DNA of 64,000 nucleotides from an uncultured Verrucomicrobiae bacterium (GTDB taxonomy: Bacteria > Verrucomicrobiota > Verrucomicrobiia > Chthoniobacterales > UBA10450), in the NCBI GenBank assembly GCA_963801815.1, contig CAWDGJ010000003.1, forward strand, positions 881,355 to 945,354. The letters are read 5' to 3'. The notes under the pieces are model-generated. The model searched no databases. It saw only the letters and a program-made list of their open reading frames with translations, and had not been told where the DNA came from. A program made the translations under genes and the position numbers. Positions 21,793 to 32,169 of the stretch are shown here, one piece after another. The stretch's first letter is position 1. Every line of letters begins with the position of its first letter.

Positions 21793-21903
21793 TGTCATCC
21801 GGAGCGTAAGCGAGGGACCTCTCAGTCGAAGCGCGGGTCACACCCGTTAACTTGGGTAATCAACGAGCCTGAGGGAGATCCCTCACCTTGGTTCGGGATG
21901 ACA
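21793..21903. repeat. TGTCAT...ATGACA palindromic element between convergent genes
   Basis: TGTCATCCGGAGCGTAAGCGAGGGACCTC...GAGATCCCTCACCTTGGTTCGGGATGACA; related copy at 49623-49780. Confidence 0.75.
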
Positions 21904-21908
21904 GTGCG

Positions 21909-23150
21909 TTAATCGCCGACCCGCCCTAATACAATACAGGCGTTGATTCCACCGAAGCCGAAGGAGTTGCTCATAATATAATTGAGCTTCGCCTCGCGGC
22001 CGTGATTCGGAACAACGTCGAGATCGCACGCGGGATCGGGATTCTGATAATTGATCGTCGGGGGCACCCATTGTCGGTCCAGCGCCAGCGCGCAGATGCA
22101 GGCCTCGATCGCGCCGGTCGCGCCGAGCGGATGCGCGGTGTAGCCTTTTGTTCCGCTCACCGGAATCTTCGTCGCGTGTTCACCTAAAACCGCTTTAATC
22201 GACATCGTTTCGGCACTGTCATTCAACTGGGTCGAACTGGCGTGGGCGTTCACGTAATCGATTTGCTCCGGATTAAGTTGGGCATCTCTTAACGCGTCAC
22301 GCATGGCGCGAATGCACGAATCGCCAGTCGGCAACGGTGTGGTCATGTGAAATGCGTCGTTGTTTAAACTGTAACCGAGAACTTCGGCGTAAATCTTCGC
22401 GCCGCGTGTGCGTGCGTGTTCTAGTTCCTCCAGAATCAACGACGCCGCGCCTTCGCCCATCACAAATCCGTCGCGTAGTTTGTCGAACGGACGCGACGCG
22501 ACGTTCGGATCGGGGTTGCGGCTCATCGTCTTGATGATATCGAACGCGCCGATGGTGATCGTCGTCAACGGCGCTTCCGCTCCGCCGGCAACGACAACGT
22601 CCGCGAAATCGTCGCGGATGTAGCGGAGCGCTTCACCGACTGAAACCGTTCCGCTCGCGCAACTGTTCGAGTTTGTCGTCCCAACTCCGCGAAAGCCAAA
22701 GTCGATCGCGATGTTTGAATGGGCCGAGCCGCCGAAGACCTGAACAGCAAGCGTGGGTTGAACTCCCCGCGCGCCCTTTTTCAAAAAACGGATGTACTGC
22801 TCTTCGGCTTTGCAAACGCCGCCGAGCGCGGTTCCAAAACTTACGCCGATCCGGTCGTTCGGCTTGTCATGCGAATACTCCAGGCCAGCGTCATCGAGCG
22901 CGAGCTTCGCTGAAGCGACCGAGAACTGGGCGTAGCGATCGAGACGCTTGAGACGATGCGGCGGGAAAAATTCCTCCGGATCCCAATTGTTGACCTGCCC
23001 GGCAACCCGAACGCCGAATTGGCTCACGTCCAGATTGTCGATCTTCGTGATGCCAGTTTTCTCCGCGAGAATTCCGTTCCAAAAGCCCTCGACGCCTTTG
23101 CCGACGCAAGTGATCGGACCCAATCCGGTAATGACAACGCGCCGTCTCAT
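21909..23150 (-). CDS. Beta-ketoacyl-ACP synthase II family (FabF-like)
   Basis: RRVVITGLG, SNSCASG (catalytic Cys), SRPFD..RDGFVMGEG, NAHASST, SNSFGFGG. Confidence 0.93.
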   Translation of the reverse strand: MRRRVVITGLGPITCVGKGVEGFWNGILAEKTGITKIDNLDVSQFGVRVAGQVNNWDPEEFFPPHRLKRLDRYAQFSVASAKLALDDAGLEYSHDKPNDRIGVSFGTALGGVCKAEEQYIRFLKKGARGVQPTLAVQVFGGSAHSNIAIDFGFRGVGTTNSNSCASGTVSVGEALRYIRDDFADVVVAGGAEAPLTTITIGAFDIIKTMSRNPDPNVASRPFDKLRDGFVMGEGAASLILEELEHARTRGAKIYAEVLGYSLNNDAFHMTTPLPTGDSCIRAMRDALRDAQLNPEQIDYVNAHASSTQLNDSAETMSIKAVLGEHATKIPVSGTKGYTAHPLGATGAIEACICALALDRQWVPPTINYQNPDPACDLDVVPNHGREAKLNYIMSNSFGFGGINACIVLGRVGD

Positions 23151-23156
23151 TCTGTT

Positions 23157-23242
23157 TTAACCACGAAGGACACGAAGAGCGCGAAGATGTTTTTGGTTTT
23201 GAGAATCAGCATTCCTTCGTGACCTTCGCGTTCTTCGTTTGG
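23157..23242. repeat. Inverted nonamer tandem-repeat element
   Basis: CACGAAGGA CACGAAGAG CGCGAAGAT ... CTTCGTGAC CTTCGCGTT CTTCGTTT. Confidence 0.75.
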
Positions 23243-23672
23243 ATTCCACATACTTTTTCATGCAGCGCAAAGTCTTATTGGCAACATTGCCGATGAAAAA
23301 GTCACCGATGATCGGCTCCATGATCGCAGCGAGGACTGGGATTCGAAAATTAAGTTCGTGCAAAATCTCAACTCGGACGCCGTCCGGACCTTCGGTAAAT
23401 GTCCAGACAACGTGCATTCCTTTAGTGAACGCTTTCAAATGATTGAAATGAATTTCCACCCGGTCGCGATCGATGATTTCCTCCGACGTCCATTTGATCG
23501 GAATCCCGGAACGCACCGCCGCCATCACCACAATGTTGCGATTTGGGCCGCGCTCGAGATATCGAATGTAACGATAGTGCGGTAGAATTTTCGGCCACAG
23601 CTCCAGGTTCGCCGCCGTCTCAAAGATCAACATCTTCGGCACGTGCATGACTATTGAATTCGTTTTGTGCAT
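23157..23672 (-). CDS. SRPBCC/polyketide cyclase-dehydrase family protein
   Basis: WPKILPHY, WTS, KGMHVVWTF pattern of the START fold; the C-terminal ~28 aa derive from a repeat. Confidence 0.8.
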   Translation of the reverse strand: MHKTNSIVMHVPKMLIFETAANLELWPKILPHYRYIRYLERGPNRNIVVMAAVRSGIPIKWTSEEIIDRDRVEIHFNHLKAFTKGMHVVWTFTEGPDGVRVEILHELNFRIPVLAAIMEPIIGDFFIGNVANKTLRCMKKYVESKRRTRRSRRNADSQNQKHLRALRVLRG

Positions 23673-23710
23673 TTCAGTTGCGCGAAATCAGCTTACACTG
23701 GCGTGAACCG

Positions 23711-23896
23711 ATGCCGCTGGAAATGAAAAAAGCGTGCGAAAAATGCGGCCGCGCCCTCGCTTCCGACGGCGATGCTTGCATTTGCAGTTATGAATGCACC
23801 TTTTGTCCCGAGTGTGCGAAACAAATGAACTTCGTCTGTCCAAATTGTGGCGGCGAGCTGGTTCAGCGTCCGCGACGGAAACCTTCAGCGCATTAG
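23711..23896 (+). CDS. DUF1272 family small Cys-rich protein
   Basis: LEMKKACEKC...ICSYECTFCPEC...CPNCGGELVQRP. Confidence 0.88.
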   Translation: MPLEMKKACEKCGRALASDGDACICSYECTFCPECAKQMNFVCPNCGGELVQRPRRKPSAH

Positions 23897-24666
23897 GGGC
23901 GCGTCTTGATTCGATAGGTCAGAAAACATTCGTCGCCAACGATGCGCATGTTTTTCATGCCACACTTTACGCTCGCCGGCAGGAATTCTTTGCTTAGTCC
24001 CGTAAGCGTCGGCGCGTTTGCTCCACCAAACAAATAAGGGGCGATTGTAAGATTGAGCTCGTCGATCAGACCGAGCGCCAGCATTGAACGAAAGAGAATT
24101 GGGCCGCCTTCGCAGGCGACACGGCGAACTTTGTAGTCCCGCCGCAAGATCCGCAGCATCTCGCGGAGATCGACATTGCTTGTCTCGCTGAAATGCACCT
24201 CGGCTTTTTTTTCCCGCAGAGCGCTTCGAACTTCTTTCGGCATTCGTTTGGTCGAGAAAATCAAGACGGGCGAGACCTCCCATTGAAAAATCTTGAGCTG
24301 AGTATCGATTCTTCCTTCCTTGGAAATGATTACTCGAAGCGGCGCCGCAGTTTGCCCGCGCTTGATCCGTTCCTGTCGCAAATCTTCCGAAACGCCGAGC
24401 CGGAGATTATCGTGCTTGAGTGTGCTGTGACCGATTAACACCGCGTCGGCCAGAGCCCGTTGTCGAAACAAGTGCTGTTTGTCTTCGCGCGATGTGAAAT
24501 CAACTGGCGTGAAATCGCGAGTGGTAATTTTGCCGTCGACCGTCATGGCAAACGTCGCACTGACGAAAGGGCGTTTCTTCTGTAGGGGAAGCCGTTGGCT
24601 TCCCTTTTTTTTGCGCGAGACGCTAACAGCGTCTCCTACAGATCTATTGCGACTCACCGATTTCAT
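23893..24666 (-). CDS. RibD C-terminal (pyrimidine reductase/DHFR-like) domain protein
   Basis: RPFV...AMTVDGKI, DAVLIG, CEGGP, IDELNLTIAP. Start uncertain. Confidence 0.85.
   Translation of the reverse strand: MKSVSRNRSVGDAVSVSRKKKGSQRLPLQKKRPFVSATFAMTVDGKITTRDFTPVDFTSREDKQHLFRQRALADAVLIGHSTLKHDNLRLGVSEDLRQERIKRGQTAAPLRVIISKEGRIDTQLKIFQWEVSPVLIFSTKRMPKEVRSALREKKAEVHFSETSNVDLREMLRILRRDYKVRRVACEGGPILFRSMLALGLIDELNLTIAPYLFGGANAPTLTGLSKEFLPASVKCGMKNMRIVGDECFLTYRIKTRP
24581..24641. repeat. GTAG-type REP pair
   Basis: TGTAGGGGAAGCCGTTGGCTTCCC...GAGACGCTAACAGCGTCTCCTACA. Confidence 0.8.
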
Positions 24667-25669
24667 GCTCCATGGTGGCGACTTCGCGTTGCATCTCGCG
24701 CATCCGGACACGGCCCTCCACTCCGCTCGGCCGGTAGAAGAAATAAACGATTCCGCCAGGCAGACAGCATACGACCATGATCAGAAAACTCAGCGAACCA
24801 ATTAACACGGCGACGCCCTCGTTTACGCCGCAGACTTGATGGAGCATCGTTTGGAGCACCCTTTCGCGAATTCCAACTCCTGCGAAGCTGATCGGCAGGG
24901 CCGAGATCGTACGTTCGATTGGGAGGACAGCAAAAAAATTCGTGACAACCACATCGGCCCGCAAGGCGAAGGCCGCGCATAGAAACGTGGTGAAAGTAGC
25001 GAGATGCGCGACCAGCGAGGCGCAAAATGCGACGGAAGTGGCAATCCAATGGTGCGCATAAAGATGATATGCAGCTGCAATCTCAATGAGTTTGTCGCGG
25101 CCGGGAAATTTATGAGGCAGCCAATGAAAGAGATTGAACCCACTGACCACAAAACTGGCGATAAGGCTGGCGATCGAAGCGCCCAGCAGAACGAGCAGAA
25201 TCCAGAGATAACGGCGCGTCTCGTGGGTTTGCGCGAGCAAATCAAAATGCATGCTGACCAACGTGACCGTGATCACGACCAGCGCCACAAGGCCAATGAA
25301 GCGATCGAACACCACTGCCAGCAGCGCGCCTGCTTTGCGATCAGTTTCTTTCAGCAACAGATAACTCTTAATGATATCGCCACCGGTGCCGCCGGGCAGA
25401 AATTGATTGTAAAACATGCCAATCAAAAACAATCCTGCGAGTCGCGACGGACGGAGATTAATTCCCTGGACCTTGAGCAAAACGTGCCAACGAAACGCCG
25501 CCGCGGCTTCGACCACAAAATAGGCAAGCATGCCGGCGATGAGCCATTCAAAGCGCGCGTGAACAATGGCCTCGCGCATTTCCGAGAGTTTCTTCGGATC
25601 GTGATAGACCCAGTAAAGCAGGCCCACCGTGACTGCGAGCTGAACGATAGTGATGAGGATTTTTTTCAC
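24644..25669 (-). CDS. Lysylphosphatidylglycerol synthase TM-domain (UPF0104) protein
   Basis: RWHVLL, FYNQFLPGGTGGD, LPISFAGVGIRE; GTG start overlaps the upstream TGA. Confidence 0.88.
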   Translation of the reverse strand: MKKILITIVQLAVTVGLLYWVYHDPKKLSEMREAIVHARFEWLIAGMLAYFVVEAAAAFRWHVLLKVQGINLRPSRLAGLFLIGMFYNQFLPGGTGGDIIKSYLLLKETDRKAGALLAVVFDRFIGLVALVVITVTLVSMHFDLLAQTHETRRYLWILLVLLGASIASLIASFVVSGFNLFHWLPHKFPGRDKLIEIAAAYHLYAHHWIATSVAFCASLVAHLATFTTFLCAAFALRADVVVTNFFAVLPIERTISALPISFAGVGIRERVLQTMLHQVCGVNEGVAVLIGSLSFLIMVVCCLPGGIVYFFYRPSGVEGRVRMREMQREVATMEHEIGESQ

Positions 25670-26577
25670 GAACCGAAATGTTTTTTCCACTTTGCGACGG
25701 AGTTCTGAATCTCCTCCACCGTTTTTCGCGGGCTCATTTCCCATACCCACGCGCAATCCTTTGGCAAAAGCGGGACTAGTTTCAAAAGATCGACATCGCC
25801 GGCAAAAGGTGGTTGATGGTCCTGCGCCGGCCAGATGCAATCCTGAACGTGACAGCCAAACGCACGCGGACCGATTTGTCGGAGCCAATCGGCATGATCG
25901 AGAAACGCGAGGTTTTCCTTGATTTGAATATGTCCAAAGTCGTGCCAATAACCGACCTGCGGTGAGTTCAATTCGTCCAGCAATGCCGGCAGCTCGCGCT
26001 CGCTCGGAATTTCCTCGTAACCGCGGCGGCCTTCGATTCCGAGCTTCACTTTCTTGCCGGAGGCGTAATCGACGACCCGTTTCATGCACTCCTTCACCAG
26101 CTCGAGGTGCCCCGGCGCGGTCGCTTCGCGTTTTTCCACGGCGCGAATTTTCTCCTGAACATATTCGCGCGACAAGAGTTTGCCTTTCCGCGCGAGCTTT
26201 ATCAGGTCATCCGTGATCGGTTTCATTGGAACTTCGCCAAGATGCATGACCACAAACGGCGCATCGAGGCGTTCGGCGAAATCGATCGTTTGAAACGTTT
26301 GTTTCACCGCACGCTCGCGTTCCTTGGCGTAGGGCGACGAAAATTGATAGCAATCCGGAGATGCGCCCATCACTTCAACCGGGAGTGGACAAAAATTGTG
26401 TAGACTGCTGAGCTTCACCTTGCCCGCGTCGAACATTTCCTGAATGCCCGGCATCAGCGAAATACGAATGCCATGACCGAGTTCGATGCGTTCGAATCCG
26501 AGATCGAGGATCTCGCGCAGCATTTCCCCGCCGTCGGTGTGCCGGCTTGAGTTCCAACAGGTCGAGAATGAAATCAT
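25666..26577 (-). CDS. Sugar-phosphate isomerase/epimerase (xylose isomerase-like TIM barrel)
   Basis: IELGH, SLHNF, LGIE, YWHDFGH, HVQD, DHQPP metal-binding pattern; start ATG 26577. Confidence 0.82.
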   Translation of the reverse strand: MISFSTCWNSSRHTDGGEMLREILDLGFERIELGHGIRISLMPGIQEMFDAGKVKLSSLHNFCPLPVEVMGASPDCYQFSSPYAKERERAVKQTFQTIDFAERLDAPFVVMHLGEVPMKPITDDLIKLARKGKLLSREYVQEKIRAVEKREATAPGHLELVKECMKRVVDYASGKKVKLGIEGRRGYEEIPSERELPALLDELNSPQVGYWHDFGHIQIKENLAFLDHADWLRQIGPRAFGCHVQDCIWPAQDHQPPFAGDVDLLKLVPLLPKDCAWVWEMSPRKTVEEIQNSVAKWKKHFGS

Positions 26578-26593
26578 CGGCTCGACGAAGTTC

Positions 26594-27889
26594 TCAAACC
26601 ATTGTAGCAGCAGAAGCCGCCGCCGGAGTGCCGATCTTCGTTTCAGAAACGCCGGGCTCCGCACATTGTTTGCGAACGCGGGCCAGCACGAACAACGTGA
26701 TCGCGCCATAAGTCACCGCCGCAATCGCCAGAGCCGTCCGCATTCCGATAAAGTCGGAAAGGCTCGTCACTCCGAGTCCGGCGATCGGCATCAGCCCGAC
26801 AAAACTCAGCATGAACACAGCGGAGACGCGGCCGCGCAGATAATCCGGCGCGCGTTCCTGAACGATCGTGCTGCAAAGACCGAAATTCGTAGCCAGGCCT
26901 AACGAGTTCAGTACGAGCAGCCCTGTTGCCACATAAAAGCTCGGGCCGCGGGACAAACCGAAAATCGCACCAGAAACGCCGACTGCGCAGATCATCATCA
27001 GCGGAACACGCTTGGCACGCGGCAGGCCGATTAGAAAGATCGAGCCGACCAGTGACCCGACGGCCGATGCGCCCATCAGAAATCCGAGGCGATCAGGACC
27101 GAGTCCGAGCACCATTCGTACGTAAAGCGGCATCATGACGGTTATGATCGGGAAAATGCAAAGTGATTGCGTCGCAATCAGCGTCACCATCGCCAAACTC
27201 GGCGTGTCATTGAAGACGAAGCGAAAACCGTCTTTGATTCCGCTAGTGCGCTTTTCTTCTTCTTCGGCCGATCCTTTTCGCCTCGGCGGTAAGGAGAGAA
27301 TCGCGACGATCAATGCCACGAAGGAGAAAGCATTTGCAAAAAAAGCGGACGCCGTTCCCAGCCAGTTAATCAAATATCCGCCGATCGTCGGGCCGAACAC
27401 GCGCGAGCCGTGAAACACCGAGCGGTCGATGGATATGCCGCTTTGAATTTGGTCGCGATCGACCAACTCGGGCACCAGCGCCGACAGCGTCGGCATTTCA
27501 AACGAATTGGAAACGCCGAGAACCGCCGCGAAAGCCAGGATGTGCCAGATCCGGATTTGTCCCGTCATGACCAGGAATCCGATTCCGCAGGCGATGCCGA
27601 TCTGAACGAACTGCGTGATTAGCAAAATTTTCCGTTTGTCGAATCGATCGGCGGCCGAACCACCGATCATCGTCAATAGCAGCATCGGCAAGCCGGCGGT
27701 CAGATTAGCCATGCCGAGCCAGACCGCTTTGGTCGTAAGCGTGCTCATCACATAACCCTGCGCCATCACTTGCATCCACGTTCCGGTATCCGAAATCGCG
27801 GACCCGATGATGTAACGACGGAATGGACCATGGCGCAGTACGCCCACGGAATTGCCAATGGTCAGTTTCACTTCCGCGCTCATCGCCAA
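26594..27889 (-). CDS. MFS transporter
   Basis: About 12 TM helices; [12 protein letters not shown] motif A; PDYLRGRV. Confidence 0.92.
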   Translation of the reverse strand: MAMSAEVKLTIGNSVGVLRHGPFRRYIIGSAISDTGTWMQVMAQGYVMSTLTTKAVWLGMANLTAGLPMLLLTMIGGSAADRFDKRKILLITQFVQIGIACGIGFLVMTGQIRIWHILAFAAVLGVSNSFEMPTLSALVPELVDRDQIQSGISIDRSVFHGSRVFGPTIGGYLINWLGTASAFFANAFSFVALIVAILSLPPRRKGSAEEEEKRTSGIKDGFRFVFNDTPSLAMVTLIATQSLCIFPIITVMMPLYVRMVLGLGPDRLGFLMGASAVGSLVGSIFLIGLPRAKRVPLMMICAVGVSGAIFGLSRGPSFYVATGLLVLNSLGLATNFGLCSTIVQERAPDYLRGRVSAVFMLSFVGLMPIAGLGVTSLSDFIGMRTALAIAAVTYGAITLFVLARVRKQCAEPGVSETKIGTPAAASAATMV

Positions 27890-27970
27890 GACTCATACGC
27901 GGTCAGGCCTCAACTCGCAATCGGTGTTGCACGTGATTGCTCCCGAGGTTGCGTTCGCTATTTTCCAGGA

Positions 27971-30631
27971 ATGCGGGTCGACCGGTTCACCCAAAAAATG
28001 CAGGAAGCGCTCCAGGCCGCGCAGGACCTTGCTTCGCAATCAAACCATCAGGAAATCACCAACGAACATTTCCTGGTGTCGCTCCTAGATCAATCCGACG
28101 GGATCACGCAGCCGTTGCTCGAGAAGATCGGCGTTCAACCAAATCAATTGCGCGATCAGCTGATGACCGAGCTGAATCGCAAGCCGTGCGTTACCGGGGC
28201 TGTTGATCTTCGCCTTTCGAACGAACTTCGTACCGTTCTCGACGCTTCCGAGAAGGAGATGGCCAAGCTGAAGGATGAATACACCAGCGCCGAGCATTAT
28301 TTGCTCGCGTTGGTTGGATCGAGTGTTCCCGCAGCCAGGATGCTGAAGGACCTCGGCGTTACGCACGCGAAGTTGATGCAGGCGTTGCAACAGGTTAGGG
28401 GGTCGCAACGCGTGACGGACCAAAACCCGGAAGGAAAATATCAAACGCTTGAGAAATACGGTCGAGATCTGACCGCGCTCGCGCGTCGCGGCAAGATCGA
28501 TCCCGTCATTGGCCGCGATAACGAAATTCGCCGCATCATGCAAGTGCTGTCACGACGCACGAAAAATAATCCGGTGCTGATTGGTGATCCCGGTGTTGGC
28601 AAGACTGCGATCGTCGAGGGTCTCGCGCGGCGAATTATTTCCGGCGACGTGCCCGAGTCTTTGAAAAACAAGAAGCTCATCGGGATGGACATTGGCTCGA
28701 TGATCGCGGGTGCAAAGTTCCGCGGCGAATTCGAAGATCGACTGAAAGCGTTCCTGAAAGAAGTCACTGATTCACAGGGCGAGATCATTCTCTTCATCGA
28801 CGAGCTCCACACCATCGTGGGGGCGGGCGCGGCCGAAGGATCGGTCGACGCGTCGAATATGTTGAAGCCGATGCTGGCTCGCGGCGAGTTGCGCACGATC
28901 GGCGCGACCACGCTCGATGAGTATCGCAAGTACATCGAGAAAGACGCTGCGCTCGAACGCCGGTTTCAACCGGTGATGGTGAACGAGCCAAGCGTGGAAG
29001 ATACCATCGCGATTCTGCGTGGGTTAAAGGAGCGTTACGAGGTGCATCATGGCGTCCGCATCACTGACGCTGCTCTCGTTGCGGCCGCGGTCTTGTCGAA
29101 TCGTTACATCACCGAGCGCTTTCTTCCCGATAAAGCGATTGATTTGGTCGATGAGGCCGCTTCGCGATTGAAGATCGAGCTCGATTCGATGCCGACCGAG
29201 ATCGACGTGATCGAGCGCGAGATCATGCAGCACGAGATGGAGCGACAGGCGCTCAAGAAGGAAAAAGATCCCGCGAGCAAGGAACGGCTGAAGAAACTCG
29301 AGAAAGAACTGGCCGAGCTGAAGGAGAAATCGGGCGCATTGAAAGCCGAGTGGCAGAAGGAGAAAGCGGTCATCGACGAGCAACGGAAATGGAAAGAACA
29401 ACTCGATCAGTTCCGCACGGAGCTAGAGCGAGCAACGCGGCGCGGGGAATTGGCCAAAGCCAGCGAGCTTCAGTACGGAAAGATTCCGGAACTGGAAAGA
29501 AAGTTGGGTGGACTAACCGATCAGGGGAGCACACGCGCCTCGCGTGTTTCGTCCGGCGCCTCGCCGGACGGGAAGGCATCTTCGTCGAGGGCGCCGAAGA
29601 CGGCTGGCGAGGGCGCTGGTGTTCCCCGGAGAAGATTGCTTCGCGAAGAAGTGACCGAGGAAGATATCGCAGAAGTCGTTTCCAATTGGACGCACATCCC
29701 GGTTTCGCGATTGCAGGAAGGCGAGCGCGAAAAGTTGATAAAACTTGAGGAGCATTTGCATCAGCGCGTCGTCGATCAAGAACGGGCGATCAAAGCCGTT
29801 TCGAACGCCGTGCGTCGCGCTCGCGCCGGCCTACAGGATCCAAATCGGCCGCTCGGCTCGTTCATTTTTCTTGGGCCGACCGGCGTCGGCAAAACCGAGC
29901 TCTCGCGTGCGCTCGCGGAATTTTTGTTCGACGACGAGCACGCCATGATTCGAATCGACATGAGCGAATACATGGAGAAACACACCGTCGCGCGATTGAT
30001 CGGCGCGCCGCCAGGTTATGTCGGGTACGAGGAAGGCGGCCAACTTTCCGAAGCCGTTCGGCGCCGGCCCTATTCAGTCGTTTTGTTCGACGAGATCGAA
30101 AAAGCTCACCAGGACGTGTTTAACGTGCTGTTGCAAGTGTTGGATGACGGCCGGATCACCGACGGGCAGGGACGCACTGTAGATTTCAAGAACACGGTCA
30201 TCATCATGACGTCGAACATCGGCTCGCAATACATTCTCGAGGAGGAACAAACGCAGGAAGCTCGCGAGCGCCTCGTTATGGACGCGCTGCGCGGGCATTT
30301 TCGTCCCGAATTTCTGAATCGCGTCGACGAGATCATTATCTTCGATCGTTTAAGCGAGGATGATTTGAAAAAGATTGTCGAAATCCAATTGCGCCACTTA
30401 ACGAAGCGACTCGAGCAACAAAAGATCACGCTCGATCTTTCCGATGCGGCAAAATCGTATCTTGCGCGCGAAGGTTACGATCCCGTTTACGGCGCGCGCC
30501 CACTCCGTCGTGTGATCCAGAAGGAAATTCTCGATCCGCTCTCCATTCAGATCCTCGAAGGCAAAGTTCGCGAAGGCCAAATCGTTCGCGTCGATCTGAA
30601 GGACGGCAAGCTCATGTTTCGAGAGAAGTGA
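27971..30631 (+). CDS. clpB: ATP-dependent chaperone ClpB
   Basis: Clp N-domain, GDPGVGKT, coiled-coil M-domain, [26 protein letters not shown]; start ATG 27971. Confidence 0.98.
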   Translation: MRVDRFTQKMQEALQAAQDLASQSNHQEITNEHFLVSLLDQSDGITQPLLEKIGVQPNQLRDQLMTELNRKPCVTGAVDLRLSNELRTVLDASEKEMAKLKDEYTSAEHYLLALVGSSVPAARMLKDLGVTHAKLMQALQQVRGSQRVTDQNPEGKYQTLEKYGRDLTALARRGKIDPVIGRDNEIRRIMQVLSRRTKNNPVLIGDPGVGKTAIVEGLARRIISGDVPESLKNKKLIGMDIGSMIAGAKFRGEFEDRLKAFLKEVTDSQGEIILFIDELHTIVGAGAAEGSVDASNMLKPMLARGELRTIGATTLDEYRKYIEKDAALERRFQPVMVNEPSVEDTIAILRGLKERYEVHHGVRITDAALVAAAVLSNRYITERFLPDKAIDLVDEAASRLKIELDSMPTEIDVIEREIMQHEMERQALKKEKDPASKERLKKLEKELAELKEKSGALKAEWQKEKAVIDEQRKWKEQLDQFRTELERATRRGELAKASELQYGKIPELERKLGGLTDQGSTRASRVSSGASPDGKASSSRAPKTAGEGAGVPRRRLLREEVTEEDIAEVVSNWTHIPVSRLQEGEREKLIKLEEHLHQRVVDQERAIKAVSNAVRRARAGLQDPNRPLGSFIFLGPTGVGKTELSRALAEFLFDDEHAMIRIDMSEYMEKHTVARLIGAPPGYVGYEEGGQLSEAVRRRPYSVVLFDEIEKAHQDVFNVLLQVLDDGRITDGQGRTVDFKNTVIIMTSNIGSQYILEEEQTQEARERLVMDALRGHFRPEFLNRVDEIIIFDRLSEDDLKKIVEIQLRHLTKRLEQQKITLDLSDAAKSYLAREGYDPVYGARPLRRVIQKEILDPLSIQILEGKVREGQIVRVDLKDGKLMFREK
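29524..29627. repeat. 104-bp palindromic element in frame within clpB
   Basis: GGGGAGCACACGCGCCTCGCGTGT...CCGGCGCCTCGCCGG...TCTTCGTCGAGGGCGCCGAAGA...GGTGTTCCCC; inverted ends and internal hairpins. Confidence 0.85.
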
Positions 30632-30699
30632 CGGTGAGCCGTTTGGACGCATTTGATGTTGCAGCTTTTTTTTCATTGGTGCAGCAGCGCAGGTCGCAC

Positions 30700-30957
30700 G
30701 GACAGGCTTATTTAGTTCGGTGCTTGAGAGCAAGCATCGCTACACCTTCGTCGATGTGAATCTGGTCTGAGGTGGATCGGCCGCTCCGCGGGCGATGCAT
30801 AATTAATGCGGCGTCGCCGCCAATTTTAACAACGCGCAAGGGACTACGCGTTCCACCTACGAAAACGCGCTCGGAGAATCATGCCGCCCTGCGGCAATCC
30901 AAAAACCGGGCACATTCTGAATGCGCTAGCGGTTGAGAGCAACCGCCGCTACAACAT
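30700..30957. repeat. Mosaic of REP-like units between convergent clpB and aminotransferase genes
   Basis: GGTGCTTGAGAGCAAGCATCGCTACA (near-identical to 32211-32236), AGGTGGA...TCCACCT, GCGGTTGAGAGCAACCGCCGCTACAAC. Confidence 0.65.
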
Positions 30958-30974
30958 CGTCGTCTTAACGAATT

Positions 30975-32100
30975 CTAAGCCGCCATGACTTGCTTAAAGG
31001 CGCTAACGAACGACTCCATCTCCGAGTGTTTGCCAATCGTCAATCGCATGTGAGTCGGATACGCGGGAAATAAGCGCCCGACGGCGACGTTCTTATCTTT
31101 CATTCCTTTGATGAGCGGCACTACTGGTTTCTTGCAGTCGAACATGATGAAGTTGGCCTGCGAAGGAATCGATTTGTAACCGAGTTTGTCGAGCTCAGTC
31201 AGCGTCCAGTTTTTCGCGTCGCTGTTCATCTTGCGACCGTTGGTGACTTGATCGGCATCGTCCAGGCTCGCGCTCGCCGCGGCCAGCGCCATCACATTCA
31301 CGCTGTCCCACATTTGGAAGCCGTGCATTTTCTTGATCGTGTCCGGCTGCGGCGACGCAATAACCGCAACGCAATCCGGCCATGCCGTAAATCTTCGAGA
31401 ACGTCCGCGCCACGATCAGGTTCGGATGATCTTTCACCAGCGGGATCACGCTCTCGTAATCCGGACTGTCGGCGTAATGAAAATACGCTTCGTCGACGAG
31501 AATCATCGTCTCCGGTGAAGTTTTGGCGATGAAATCGCGAAGATCGTTCTTTGGCGTAACACTCGCCGTCGGATTGTTCGGGTTGCAGATATAAATAAGG
31601 CCCTTCTGCGCGGCGGCGCTCATTTTCTCGAGATCGTGCCCGTAACTGGAGGTCAACGGAACCTTTACGACATCCGCGCCGCCCGCTTTCGAATATTCCA
31701 GGATCGCTTCGAATGTTGGATCGGCGACCACGAGTTTGCCTTGCGCCGGACCGGTGAAAGTTTCGGCACAAAGTTTCAAGATCTCGCTTGAGCCGTCGCC
31801 GAGCACGACTTGATCGCGATTGATGTTGTTGATCTTCGCGATCTTGTCGATCAGGACGTCGTTCGCCTCGTCCGGATAACGATTGCACACGCCGTGCGCG
31901 TTCTTCATCGCTTCATGGGCTTTCGCGGACGGTCCGTAGGGATTTTCATTCGCGCTAAGCCGAACCACACCCGTCTTGGCGGGGGCGGGAACTGTTGCAG
32001 ATTCTTTTGCGATAGTGATGCGCGGACGAACAATCGCTGCCGCGGCGCCGATACCGAGCAAATGAGCAAACTGACGACGAGAAATGGAATGGGTGTTCAT
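30975..32100 (-). CDS. Class I/II PLP aminotransferase (HisC-like) with Tat signal; apparent frameshift ~31351
   Basis: SRRQF Tat motif; LSANENPYG, CNPNNPT, DEAY, RTFSKIYGMAGLRCGY; C-terminus (SQANF...RLTIG) in another frame. Confidence 0.88.
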
Positions 32101-32169
32101 AGAGCTTCTCCGGTTTTCATTTTGCGCCGGATAACGCGTTTGTGCGAGTGGGAATTTATGGCCTACGAC

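Noticed and set aside
27911..27952. Possible CIRCE operator upstream of clpB (GCAATC-N12-GATTGC)
   Set aside because: Arms and spacing do not fit TTAGCACTC-N9-GAGTGCTAA; it may be a hairpin but is unsupported.
24644..27970. Extended N-termini in the ORF track (26089, 26709, 27770; likewise 6617, 32183, 37620, 38324)
   Set aside because: They overlap neighbouring genes or repeats; downstream starts match family N-termini and stop/start overlaps.
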